A stretch of 64,000 bases of DNA from Candidatus Eiseniibacteriota bacterium (lineage in GTDB: Bacteria; Eisenbacteria; RBG-16-71-46; CAVPCR01), in contig CAWGMA010000003.1 of assembly GCA_963823555.1 (NCBI GenBank), forward strand, positions 1 to 64,000, written 5' to 3'. The notes under the pieces were generated by a model that saw nothing but the letters and a program-made list of their open reading frames with translations, ran no database searches and was not told the origin of the DNA. Shown here in pieces: positions 50,768-61,400 of the stretch. The first letter of the stretch is position 1. Every line of letters starts with the position of its first letter. The position numbers and the translations under genes were made by a program.

Positions 50768-53059
50768 TCAGAAGCGCCAGTCGATCCCGAGAACCAGCGG
50801 CGCCAGCGGGCGCATCTCGATCGCGGCCACCTCGCCGGTCTCCGGATCGCGGAGATAGGTCAAGGTGTTCCGCCGGCCGAGGAGGTTCGTGACCGTCCCG
50901 AACAGCGCCACCTCCGCATCCCGTCCCCCAGCCGTGAGGTGCCAGTGCTTGCGCACCCCGAAGTCCACGCGCGAGTAGGCGGGAAGCGCGGCTGCGCCGA
51001 GCGACCCGCCGTCGAGCTCGGGGTTGCCGGCGAACTCGCAGCCGAGGTCGAGGAGATTGCAGGCCTCCCACTCGAGACTGCCGGATGCGATCGTGGTGCG
51101 GCGCCCGAAAGCTGCTTCCGCGCCCACCCGGAACGAGAGCGTGGAGGTCGGGAAGACTGTCACGCCGCCCTCGAGGCGGTGGACGGCGCCGTGAGAGGGG
51201 ACATAGCTCCCGTCCTCGCTCGTGAGGCGCACGCGCTGGAGACCGTAGCTCGCAACGACGCCGTAGCGAACCCCGCTCGCCGCGAGGTCGACCGCGATGC
51301 CCTGCGCCGATCCCGAACCGACGGCGAACTCACCGGTCGCGAAAGGAGCGCTCGATTCGGGTGCGGCGAGCAGGAGGCCGCGCGCTCGGCGCGCGTAGGC
51401 CTGCAGGCCGAGGCGCACGCCGGCCCGGGGGCGATATTCGGCGGCGAGGACTCCCAGATCGCTCGCCGCGATCGGCACGCCGGGGGCAGCGGTACCGATA
51501 TAGAGCTCGGCAGGGAAGACGTTCCCCACCACCGACTCCGCATTGCGGAGCGACTGCGCGAACTGGTGCGCCCGCGCGTAACGGGCGGAAAGTGTGGTCC
51601 TGGTCGAGGGCGCCCACCGGATCTCGGTGCCGGGCGCCGCGCGCCATTCCGCTCCCGTCGTGGCCAGGGAGAGGGAAAAGGTGGCTTCCGTGCGCGGTGC
51701 GAGATGACGGATGTGACGGCCGGCCAAGGTCACGACCGGCGTCAGGACCTCGAGCCCGAACGAGGGCACGGCGTCGCTGTCGGACCCGACCCGATAGGAA
51801 GTCGTGATGGTCTCGACCCGGAGTTCCCCGGCCGAGGTGGCCTGTGGGGATGAGTGCTCGAGAGCGGCGAAAAACCCCGCGTCGCGGCGGGTGGAAGACA
51901 GCGCGAGCCCGGCCTTCGCCGTCGCCCAGACCGCGCTGGCCTCGCCCGCCGCGTGGTAGCCGCGCATGAGGAGCGCGACCCGCGAGTACTCGCGGCGCCA
52001 CTCGGCGCCAAGGGACTGGCTGTGCCACTCGATGTCGTTGCGTGGCGAATCGGCGCCAGCCTCGGTTTCCGCCGCCGCAGCACCCGATGCACCGATCTCG
52101 TTCCCGTTGTCGTAGCCGAGCACTCGCAACCGCCCGCCGAACACGGGCGTCTCCAGCTTGGCGAGCCAGTCGACCGCCTGGCTCTCGACGTAGGAAGGCT
52201 CGCCCGCCGGGGCGATCAGATCGTGGAGGCCCGAGCGCAGGCTCAAGACGTAGCCCGCGCCGCCCGTGCCGAGAGGACCATCGACCGTCACCCGACCCTG
52301 AGTCGTGCTGAGCGATCCCTGGGCACGAAGCCGCGGCCCAGGTGTCCGCGTGACGGCATCGACCGCAGCGGAGAGCGCGTGCGCGCGGGCGAGTGCGGGA
52401 GCGGTCGATGCGATTGACAGACTGGACAGCGCATCGGGGTTGAAGGCGCTCGACATCCCCGTCGTGTGATACGGGTTCAGGACCGGGATCCCATCCAGCG
52501 AATAGGCGGTTTCACCCGCTTCGCCACCGCGAACGTGGAGCGCGTGCGGCGTCTCGGCCTCGAGCACGACCTCGCCGCCGCCGAGCGCGGGAAAGACATC
52601 CGGTTCGGCGAGCAGTGGATGGTGGCGCACCGCAGCGATCGAGGACTCGCGGTCCGGGTACTCGGCGCTCTCACCCGTATCGGCGCCACGAACGAAGATC
52701 GGCGCGCGGACATTCTGGGCCTCGACCGGCAGCGGCTCGGGAGGAAGGGAGACGTTGATCTCGAGCTCTCCCTCCCGGGGCACGAGCGCATGGAGGGAAC
52801 GCGGGGCATAGCCGATGCGGCGAATCGTGATGTGCCGCGGTCCGGGTGGGACACGGGCGAGGATGTACCGCCCCCCGGCATCGGTGATCGTGGTGCGCGC
52901 GAGATCGGGGAGAGAGATCACCGCCCCGGCCAGCGGTGCCGAGGTCTCCGCATCGCGAACGATCCCGACGAGTGCGGTCTCGGCGGCCAGAGCGACGACA
53001 GGTATCGCCGCCATGACTGCGAGCAGGAGCAGGATCGTCAGGTGATGGGAACGGCTCAT
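50768..53059 (-). CDS. TonB-dependent receptor-like protein with N-terminal carboxypeptidase-regulatory domain
   Basis: GIVRDAETSAPLAGA...RRIGY; plug VRGG....LDGIPVLNP.H; LPAYSRVD; C-terminal IDWRF. Confidence 0.82.
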   Translation of the reverse strand: MSRSHHLTILLLLAVMAAIPVVALAAETALVGIVRDAETSAPLAGAVISLPDLARTTITDAGGRYILARVPPGPRHITIRRIGYAPRSLHALVPREGELEINVSLPPEPLPVEAQNVRAPIFVRGADTGESAEYPDRESSIAAVRHHPLLAEPDVFPALGGGEVVLEAETPHALHVRGGEAGETAYSLDGIPVLNPYHTTGMSSAFNPDALSSLSIASTAPALARAHALSAAVDAVTRTPGPRLRAQGSLSTTQGRVTVDGPLGTGGAGYVLSLRSGLHDLIAPAGEPSYVESQAVDWLAKLETPVFGGRLRVLGYDNGNEIGASGAAAAETEAGADSPRNDIEWHSQSLGAEWRREYSRVALLMRGYHAAGEASAVWATAKAGLALSSTRRDAGFFAALEHSSPQATSAGELRVETITTSYRVGSDSDAVPSFGLEVLTPVVTLAGRHIRHLAPRTEATFSLSLATTGAEWRAAPGTEIRWAPSTRTTLSARYARAHQFAQSLRNAESVVGNVFPAELYIGTAAPGVPIAASDLGVLAAEYRPRAGVRLGLQAYARRARGLLLAAPESSAPFATGEFAVGSGSAQGIAVDLAASGVRYGVVASYGLQRVRLTSEDGSYVPSHGAVHRLEGGVTVFPTSTLSFRVGAEAAFGRRTTIASGSLEWEACNLLDLGCEFAGNPELDGGSLGAAALPAYSRVDFGVRKHWHLTAGGRDAEVALFGTVTNLLGRRNTLTYLRDPETGEVAAIEMRPLAPLVLGIDWRF

Positions 53060-53170
53060 GATCGATTCTCGCCGGGTCGGTTGATCGCCGTCCCCTCGAT
53101 TCTATCATGAGCCGCCCCGCGAGCGCAGGATCAGTTCGATCGACTTCGCGGCCGACCGCCTCGCCGCCTC

Positions 53171-54451
53171 TCAGAAGAAGAGCTCGATGTTCATCATGAA
53201 GACCGGTCCGTTGGAACCGACCAGGAGCGGATAGCTCAGGTAGCCCACGGGAGAGCTGTCGACATAGATGAGCTCCGGATTGAAGCGCAGGATCCGCGTC
53301 TTGAATGGGTAGTAGTTGATGCCGCCGCCGGCATCCCAAGGGATCCCGTACTCGCCGAAGATGCGCGAGGTGAACCCGTAGAGCATGAGGGTCTGCGGAA
53401 TCACCATCGCGGATGCCTGGGCCTGGAAGCCGTGATCATAGAGGTCGTCCACCGGCAAGGGGCCGTTGGCCTTCAGGTTCTGCACCCACCGGATGTAGTA
53501 GTCCCCCTCGAGCGCGTAGCCGCGGTACTTGAGCGCCCCATCGAAGGCCGACATGCGGTAGTCCGCCTGCTCGACCAGGAGCCCCTCGCCGAAGGCACCG
53601 GGCTGGAAGATCCCCGTGCCGTTGGACAGCCGGATCTGGGTGTTCTCGGGATCCTCCGTGCGCGGCTGGTTCTGCCTCGTCTCGCGGCTGGCGGTGAAGG
53701 CGGTACCCAGGTTCGTGGCCAGCGCCTCATGCCCGTCGAAGTCACCGAAGCCCTCGTAGGTGCCGAAACCTCCCCCCGTCCACCACAGCGCTCCCGATAG
53801 GGTGTTCATGCCCGGGGCGAGCTGGCCCGCATCCACGCCGAGCTGGCTCAGGTTGTCGCCCAGCATGCCCTTGTAGTGGAGGCCATCGGTGATGTCGCCC
53901 TCGGCCCAGATGCCGCTCGTGTAGGAACCGCGGAAGAACTCATCGCCGATCGTGCGATTGTCTTGCTTCGCCCAGAACGGAAAGGTGCCGCGCGTCGTCC
54001 GCGTCGTCGGCAGGCCGCCGATGCCGCCTCCCACCGTGACGTGCTCGTTGAACCGGTAGGTGAGATTCCCGGCGAGAACCACCTGGGCGCCGAGCCCCTG
54101 GCTCGTGTTGGAGGTCCAGACATACGACAGGTAGCGGAACTTGGGCGTGCCCAGCCAGCCCTTGAAGTAGAGGATCCCCTTCTGGAACTGGAGATCGTCG
54201 CGCTGGTCCAGCTCCACGGTCTCGCCGGCCGCGTTGATGTAGGTGTCATCGAGCCCGCGCTGGTTCAGGTAGCGAAGGTAGGTGTAGAAGCTGAAGTCCA
54301 CGCGGCCGCGGTCACCGTCGTAGAGGTTGAAGCCCTTGGCGGGGGTGAGATCCCGCTTCGACTCCTCCTCGGCGAGTGATCCCGTGACCAGCATGCTCAC
54401 GAGCAGAACCGCGACCCAAGTTCCCAGAATTGCCTTCTGCCACTGATTCAT
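53171..54451 (-). CDS. Putative porin-like outer-membrane protein
   Basis: Signal peptide, aromatic-rich beta strands, C-terminal IELFF. Confidence 0.6.
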   Translation of the reverse strand: MNQWQKAILGTWVAVLLVSMLVTGSLAEEESKRDLTPAKGFNLYDGDRGRVDFSFYTYLRYLNQRGLDDTYINAAGETVELDQRDDLQFQKGILYFKGWLGTPKFRYLSYVWTSNTSQGLGAQVVLAGNLTYRFNEHVTVGGGIGGLPTTRTTRGTFPFWAKQDNRTIGDEFFRGSYTSGIWAEGDITDGLHYKGMLGDNLSQLGVDAGQLAPGMNTLSGALWWTGGGFGTYEGFGDFDGHEALATNLGTAFTASRETRQNQPRTEDPENTQIRLSNGTGIFQPGAFGEGLLVEQADYRMSAFDGALKYRGYALEGDYYIRWVQNLKANGPLPVDDLYDHGFQAQASAMVIPQTLMLYGFTSRIFGEYGIPWDAGGGINYYPFKTRILRFNPELIYVDSSPVGYLSYPLLVGSNGPVFMMNIELFF

Positions 54452-54704
54452 CAAGTTCGCCCTCCTGACTCGCCTGGCGGTCCTGCGCATCCGATACAGC
54501 CTGTTCCTTGCAGCAAGGAGACGACCGCGAGAAACCCGCCGCATCATAGATCATCCCGGCCGGCGGCGGGAGGCCGTGTCAACAGGGTCTGCACTGTGGT
54601 CAACGTGGTGGCCGGCGGCTACGACAGGGTCTTCCAGGGAAGGCAGGCCTTCGTGCTGCGAAGTCACGGGGTTGTCACCCCGCACCTGCCGCCCGCAGGA
54701 CGGC

Positions 54705-57700
54705 ATGACCCTTGCGCGTCCCGGCTTCATGGGCTGCCGAAGTCACATCGCACACGCGGTGCTCGTGCTCGCCGCGGCCGCGATCGCAACGCCCGGCCCC
54801 GGCATCGCTCGCGCCACGGACCTGGACGGGAACGGGATCGAGGACGAGCGCGAGCTTCCGCTCGCTCGCCGCTTCGCGCCCACGCTCGCGCTGCACGCCC
54901 CTGATATCGAGCGGAACGGCATCCGCGTGCCGGTCTATCCGGTGCCGGTCGAGATCATGGGGCTCGCCGGTGCCGCGCCCGGCGAGGGCTTGCCTGCCGA
55001 TCGCCTCTTCGTCCTCTGGAGACAGCAGCCCCTCGACTATCCCTACGGCGATCACTGGGTCGCGGCCGCGGGCTGGGCGCCTCCGCTCGCCGAGAGCGAT
55101 CCGCAGCATGATTACTCGGCGCTCAGCGATGATCCGATCCTCCGCCAGATCGCGCCGCCGGCGATGCTGTTCGGTCCCTACTCGCTTCGCTTTCACTGGG
55201 AGTACGGCAACCCGGCCGTCGACGAGCCGGCCGAGTGGTATCAGGTCTGGGAATCAGGGAACGAGTGGACGCGGCCCGGGGCGGATTTTCCGCCCACCGC
55301 CTACGCTCACCTCCGCCGCTGCGAGGAGGCGGGCTGCGCGCCCGGCCGTGTTCTCATCCAGTACTGGTTCTTCTTTCCCTTCAACGACTGGATCAACAAT
55401 CACGAGGGCGACTGGGAGGGTATGAATGTCATCGTCTCGAGCGACGATCCCGATTCGGCTACCGCGCTCGACATCGAGTACTTCGCCCACCGGATCCACC
55501 TCGTCCGCCCGCCCGGGATGCCGCTCGCGGAGCATTGCATCATCACGGAGGCGACGCATCCCGTGGCGTTCGTCGGCGGACACGGCCGGCTCACGGGCTG
55601 CATCGGCGGCACCGGCGAGGGCGAGGCGTCGCACGGCTTCTATCCGACACCGGGGCGCTTCGCCGAGGTGAGCGAGGGCGATCCCCTCGGGTGCTTCGAG
55701 CGCGCCGACGAAGAGATCTCGACTCGAGCCGGGCCCACCGTCCACTGGTCCGACCTCGCGGTCGAGGTGATCCCCGCTCCCGAGGCCATCGACACCGGCG
55801 CCGAGCCCGAGCGCGGCTGGCTCGTGGCCGATCTCCTGTGGGGAACGCGGCGCGTGCCCTCGGTGGGCGGCGCCCTGTGGCACGATGTGGGCAACTACGC
55901 GCCGCACGGCCCCGCGCACAATCCCGCGCAGCGCTTCGGAAGGGTGGCGGCGCTGACCTCGACCCGGCCCTACTCGAGCCCGGGAGATCCGCATGCACTG
56001 CCGTACGCGGCCGATGAAGCGGGGTGGGTGCCGTTCGCGTTCTTCCTCGATGCGTTCACCGGCATGACGAGCCTGGAGCCGGGAAGCCTTGCGACGTGGA
56101 CGGTCGGCACCGGAACATGGGAGCTGGCCTCGGGCTCCCTCCTGGGCACGGGCGACGGCGACCAGCGGGCGACGAATCGCGCGTTCTTCCGGAGCCAGTG
56201 GCCGCCGGACTGGTACACGCTGCCATTTGCCGAGTGGAATTCACGCGCCGCGCGCTTCGCGGCGGATGTGGCGCTGCTCTCGCCTCTCGTCTCCGGCGAC
56301 GCCGCGGGCCTTGCCGTTTCCGGAGCAGCCGGGTCCGGTGAAGGTGACGGCCAGGTGCGGGTGGTCCTCGGTCGCGGCTCGGCCGGCGCGTACGAGCTGC
56401 AGATGCGGGTGTGGGCGAGCACCGGGGACAGCCTCGTCAGCGCCGTGACCGTTCCCGATCCGGGAAGCGCGACCCATCGCCTCGAGGTCCTGACCTTCGC
56501 CCCCGATGGCGGCGGGCTCTTCCATGATGTCTGGCTCGATGGCGCGCTCGTCCTCGGCTCGGTTGCCACCCCAGGCGAGCGCGACGACACGCGCGGGCTC
56601 GTCGCCGACGGCGGGGCGCACGCGCGCTTCGATCGCGTGGCCTTCTCGGGGCTCCGCCTCGAGTCGAGGTGGCGCCATGCACCGTTCGCTTCCATCACGA
56701 CGCCGGCCGCTGGCGCAATCATCTACTCATGTCCGCAAGAGATTGCCTGGCGGGCGGCCGACGAGAAGGCGGACGACGGCATCGCCACGCAGCGGCTGGC
56801 CCTCTCGATCGACGGCGGGGCGACCTGGGAGGAGATCGCGAGCCTCGGCGGCGAGGAGCGGAGCCTGGTCTGGCAGCCGCCGGCCGCGGCCGCCGACTCG
56901 GCCCTGATCGCCCTCACGGTCACGGATGTCGAGGGCGACTCCCGCACCGTGCGGAGCGGGATCTTTCGCCTCGCGAGCGGCGAGCCGCCGGCTTCCGTGC
57001 TCTCGCCCGCCGGCGGCGAGAGCTGGATGCGCGGCACGACGCACTGGGTGCGCTGGGCGGCACCTTGCCGGGACACGGTCGATCTCGCGCTCTCGACCGA
57101 CGGCGGGGCCACGTTCCCCGTGCCGATCGCGGCGCGGGTGCCGAACGGCGGCGCGTTCGCATGGGCGATCCCCTCCTGGCTTCCGGTGGGGCAACCATGC
57201 CGGGTGCGGATCATAGGAGGCGGGCTTCCGGCGGCAACGAGCCCCGACTTCACTCTCGCCTGGGATGGGATGATCGCCGGCGGCGACTTCGAGATCGAGA
57301 GCCCCTGGTCGCTCTCGATCGTCGCGGAGGCGATGCGCGGCGAGGCCGCCTCCTCGCACGGCATCGGCGACCCGCCGCTCGGCGCACCGATTGGCATGCA
57401 GTCATCCCTCCACGTCAATGTCCGCGCCTCCGGACTGACTGCGCCCGCCGAGCCGCCCGGCGCCCCGGATCCCGACCCGCCGTGGCCGGCGCGCTCGCAA
57501 CTCGCGATCGCGGCCGAATCGGAGGCGATCCCGCTCGCCGAGCCGGCTGCCCTGCAGGCGGTGCACATCGCGCTCCGGGCCATCGCCATCATCGGCGCCA
57601 CCCCCGGGGCGGCGGCCTCGGCCCGCGCCACCCTTTCGGCTTCCTACCGAGGTGCTTCCGGCGGCGAGCTCGAGCGTCACGATCTCGCCACCCTCTCGAT

Positions 57701-58178
57701 CGCCCGCACCGAGCCCGGCTGTCACGAGGAATTTCTGGACGAGATCCTCCCCCTCCATGAAGCCCCTCTCGGCGCCACACGGCTCCGCTTCGTGATCCGC
57801 CTCGAGGGCGCGGCCCACGCCATGGGGCCGGGTGTTTCAGCGGAAACCGAGGTGGTCGCCGACGACCTCCATCTGGTCGAGGCGGTGGATCTCCCGGCGC
57901 CGCGGCCGCTGGAGGCTCAACCCTCCCTCACCGTCCATCCCGATCCCACCGGCGGCCCGGTACGCCTCGAGATCTTCCTGGGGAGCGAATCCATCGTTTC
58001 ACTTTCCATCTTCACCGCCGCCGGCCGCAAGGTCGCGCGCGTCATCTCATCACGCCCCCATCCTCCTGGAACCCACGCCTTCACCTGGGACCCGGGGGAG
58101 CTCCCAAGCGGCACCTACTTCTTCCTTCTCGAGACCGGCAATGCAACGTGCACGCGCAAGTGGGTGCGATTGCGCTGA
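54705..58178 (+). CDS. Large secreted multidomain protein: Vps62/NPP1-like domain, Ig-like repeats, C-terminal FlgD/T9SS-like domain
   Basis: LARRFAP.L.LH, IQYWFFFPFND...HEGDWE, V.SP.GGE.W..G....V.W, LSTDGG.TF, FTAAGRKV...LPSGTYF. Confidence 0.72.
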   Translation: MTLARPGFMGCRSHIAHAVLVLAAAAIATPGPGIARATDLDGNGIEDERELPLARRFAPTLALHAPDIERNGIRVPVYPVPVEIMGLAGAAPGEGLPADRLFVLWRQQPLDYPYGDHWVAAAGWAPPLAESDPQHDYSALSDDPILRQIAPPAMLFGPYSLRFHWEYGNPAVDEPAEWYQVWESGNEWTRPGADFPPTAYAHLRRCEEAGCAPGRVLIQYWFFFPFNDWINNHEGDWEGMNVIVSSDDPDSATALDIEYFAHRIHLVRPPGMPLAEHCIITEATHPVAFVGGHGRLTGCIGGTGEGEASHGFYPTPGRFAEVSEGDPLGCFERADEEISTRAGPTVHWSDLAVEVIPAPEAIDTGAEPERGWLVADLLWGTRRVPSVGGALWHDVGNYAPHGPAHNPAQRFGRVAALTSTRPYSSPGDPHALPYAADEAGWVPFAFFLDAFTGMTSLEPGSLATWTVGTGTWELASGSLLGTGDGDQRATNRAFFRSQWPPDWYTLPFAEWNSRAARFAADVALLSPLVSGDAAGLAVSGAAGSGEGDGQVRVVLGRGSAGAYELQMRVWASTGDSLVSAVTVPDPGSATHRLEVLTFAPDGGGLFHDVWLDGALVLGSVATPGERDDTRGLVADGGAHARFDRVAFSGLRLESRWRHAPFASITTPAAGAIIYSCPQEIAWRAADEKADDGIATQRLALSIDGGATWEEIASLGGEERSLVWQPPAAAADSALIALTVTDVEGDSRTVRSGIFRLASGEPPASVLSPAGGESWMRGTTHWVRWAAPCRDTVDLALSTDGGATFPVPIAARVPNGGAFAWAIPSWLPVGQPCRVRIIGGGLPAATSPDFTLAWDGMIAGGDFEIESPWSLSIVAEAMRGEAASSHGIGDPPLGAPIGMQSSLHVNVRASGLTAPAEPPGAPDPDPPWPARSQLAIAAESEAIPLAEPAALQAVHIALRAIAIIGATPGAAASARATLSASYRGASGGELERHDLATLSIARTEPGCHEEFLDEILPLHEAPLGATRLRFVIRLEGAAHAMGPGVSAETEVVADDLHLVEAVDLPAPRPLEAQPSLTVHPDPTGGPVRLEIFLGSESIVSLSIFTAAGRKVARVISSRPHPPGTHAFTWDPGELPSGTYFFLLETGNATCTRKWVRLR

Positions 58179-58261
58179 ACGAACGGCCTGCCCCGCCCGG
58201 CGCGAGCGCCGCGCCGGGCAACCCACCCCGAACACCCGCTAAGCTCCCGCCGCGCATCATC

Positions 58262-58291
58262 TTGAGTCGCCTGTAAGGCGCATGCTATAAT
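58262..58291 (+). promoter_or_regulatory. Sigma70 promoter of the CotH-domain gene
   Basis: TTGAGT-18-TATAAT with extended TG. Confidence 0.65.
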
Positions 58292-58432
58292 ACCGTGGTC
58301 GCTGCCGCCGAGCTTCCCTCGGCCGCCACACGCCGACCGCGTCGCCCACCACGCGGCTGGTGACGTCCTGACCTGGCTGCGGGAGGCCGCCCAGGATGGA
58401 GCGCCCCCCCTAAGACTTCGAGGACATCGCGC

Positions 58433-61400
58433 ATGCGCTCTTCACGAACGGTTCGCGCGCTCGTTCCCGGCATCCCGGCTGCCGCGCTCTTGACCCTGAT
58501 CACAGCCCTCTCCGCGCTGCCGGCCGCCGCCTACGAGATGCACATCAACTGCGGTTCGGTGAACTACACCGCCCAGAACGGAACGCTCTTCGTGGCGGAC
58601 CGCGTCTACGTTGCCGGTGATGCGGGCTACATCGCGGGCTGGGACAACTACACCTGGAATGCGGTTGGCGGCACGCCGGATCCCCTGCTCTACGCCTATA
58701 CGCGCAACAGCTTCATTCCCAATCCGCTCGAGTATCGCTTCGACGTCCCGAACGGCGACTACCTCGTCCGCCTCCGCATGATCGACAACTTCAAGCACTC
58801 GACGGGCGAGAACCAGTTCGATGTTCGCATCGAGGGTCAGGAGGTCGCTGCCAACATCGACCTCTATGCGCTCGTCGAGCGCACGTATGCCATCGACTTC
58901 ACCTTCGCCGCCACGGTGACCGACGGCGTCCTCAACGTCGTCCTCCAGCCCGATTTCGGCTTCGCGTCACTGGCCGGGATCTCGGTCGTCTCACGTGCAC
59001 CCGACTCGACGCCGCCGGCGCTGCCGACCGGCCTCACCGCCGCCGACAACTACGAGGCGGTCGCCCTCGACTGGGACCCGAACCCGGAGGACGACATCGC
59101 CGCCTACCAGGTCGAGCGGGCAACGAGCGCCGGCGGGCCCTTCACTCCGGTCGCCACCGTCGACCGCGTCTCCCGCCGCATGGATCGCCTTCCCCCCGGC
59201 GGCCCCTTCCACTACCGGGTGCGCGCCGTCGACGCCTACGGCAACGCCTCCGATCCAACCGACCCGGTGAGCGCGAGCTCGCTCGCGCAGACCGCGACCA
59301 CGCTCCCCGCGGTGCACGTGATCATCGCTCCTGACAGCCTCGAGCGGCTGGACGACAACCCAACGCTTGACACCTACTACCAGTGCGATGTCGCCTTCGA
59401 CCAGGACCTCTACACCGACGCCACCTGCCGCTACCGGGGCAACGTCTCGCGCTCCCTCCTCAAGAAATCCTGGAAGGTCAAGCTCGGCACGGGCCTCTTC
59501 GAGGGGCGCGAGAACTTCAACCTCAACTCGGAGTACATCGACAAGTCGCTCCTCCGCGAGCGCCTCTCCTATGATCTCTTCGCGCGAAACGGCTGCCCGG
59601 CGCCGCGCTCGCGCTTCGTCCACATGATCGTGAACGGCAAGTGGATGGGGGTACGGAACGACGTCGAGAACGTCGACGTCGAATCGCTCACGCGCCTGGG
59701 GCTCGCCACCGTCAACGCCACCATGTACAAGCCGGTGAGCTCGCCACCGCCCGGGGTCCATAGCAACCTGATCCCGCTCGCCACACCCGGGGATTACATG
59801 CTCGCCTACGAGAAGGAGCTGGGCGACCCCGGCGACTATTCGGATCTCATCAGCTTCATCGAGGGTCTCAACTTCGCGAGCGCGGATTCGGCCTTCCACT
59901 TCATCGCCCGGAAGATGGATCTCAATCGCTTCCTCGACTTCTACTCGACCCAGGTCGTGTTGCAGAACACGGACATCACCTTCAAGAACTGGTTCTTCCA
60001 TCACGATCTCACCACCGACCGCTGGACCATGATCCCCTTCGACACCGACCTCACCTTCGGTGTCGTCTGGCCCTTCAGCGATGTTTTCGCCTACAACGAG
60101 TCGGTGTTCCTGGGTGCCGGCAACCGCCTCTTCGGGAAGGTGCAATCGGATCCCATGCTCCGCCAGCTCCATCTGGATCGGGTGCGGCAGATCCTCGCCA
60201 CCACGTTCTCCGGTCCGGCCACCGATGGTCTCATCGACTCGGTCCATGCCGAGGTCGAGGTGGATGCGAGGCGCGACTGGTGGAAGTGGGGCTGGGAGAA
60301 GAACGACTGGTTCGAGGCGAGCCCGGCCGAGCTCCGCACCTTCGTCTCCGGGCGCACGACTTCACTCCTCAACGAGATCGCGGTCGTCGAGGCCCCGTCC
60401 GACCTCGTCATCAACGAGCTCATGGCCTCGAACGCCACCACCGTCACCGACGAGTGGGGCGATCACGACGACTGGATCGAGATCTTGAATCGCGGCGGCG
60501 CGCCGGTCAGCACCCTCGGGCTCTACCTGACCGACGACCTCGGCCTGCCCGGGCGCTTCGCGCTACCCGACACCACGCTCCAGCCCGGCGATCACCTCAT
60601 CATCTGGGCCGACTCGGAGCCCGCCGAGGGGCCGTGGCACGCGCCCTTCAAGCTCGAGAAGAAGGGCGAGGCGGTCGGCCTCTTCTCGGGTCCGCTCGCC
60701 ACCTCGGCCCCGATCGACGTCCGCGTCTTCGATCGCCAGCTCACCGATGTGAGCTACGGGCGCCTCCCGGACGGCAGCCCCTACTGGCAGCTCCTGCCGA
60801 CTCCGACCCCCGGGGCGGCGAACGTCGGCGGCGGCAACATCAAGCCGCAGATCGACGATGTCGTCCACTTCCCGCCCGCGCCCGGTGCCAACGCGCCGGT
60901 GCGGGTGACCGCGACCTTCTGGGACGAGGGCGGGCTCGCGCTGACGCAGCTCAAGTACGACGCCGGAGCGGGCTACGTCACCGAGACGATGTACGATGAC
61001 GGCCTGCACGGGGACGGCGACGCGGGCGATGGCACCTTCGGCGCCGAGATCCCGGGACAGCCGCCGCTCACCACCGTCCACTACTACCTGCGCGCGGTCG
61101 ACGACCTCGGTGCGGTCACCAACGATCCCCCCGACGCGCCGCTCCTCACCTACAGCTATCTCACCGGCTACGAGGCCCCGCCCGCCTACTTGAACGAGTT
61201 CATGGCCTCGAACGCCGCCACCATCCAGGACGAGTTCGGCGACTACGACGACTGGGTCGAGATCTGGAACGCGGGGCAGGACACGCTCCGTCTCGGCGGC
61301 AAGCACCTGACCGACAACCTCACCAACCCCACCAAGTGGGTGTTCCCGCCGGACGTGAACCTGCCGCCGGGCGAGTACCTGATCGTGTGGTGCGACGGCG

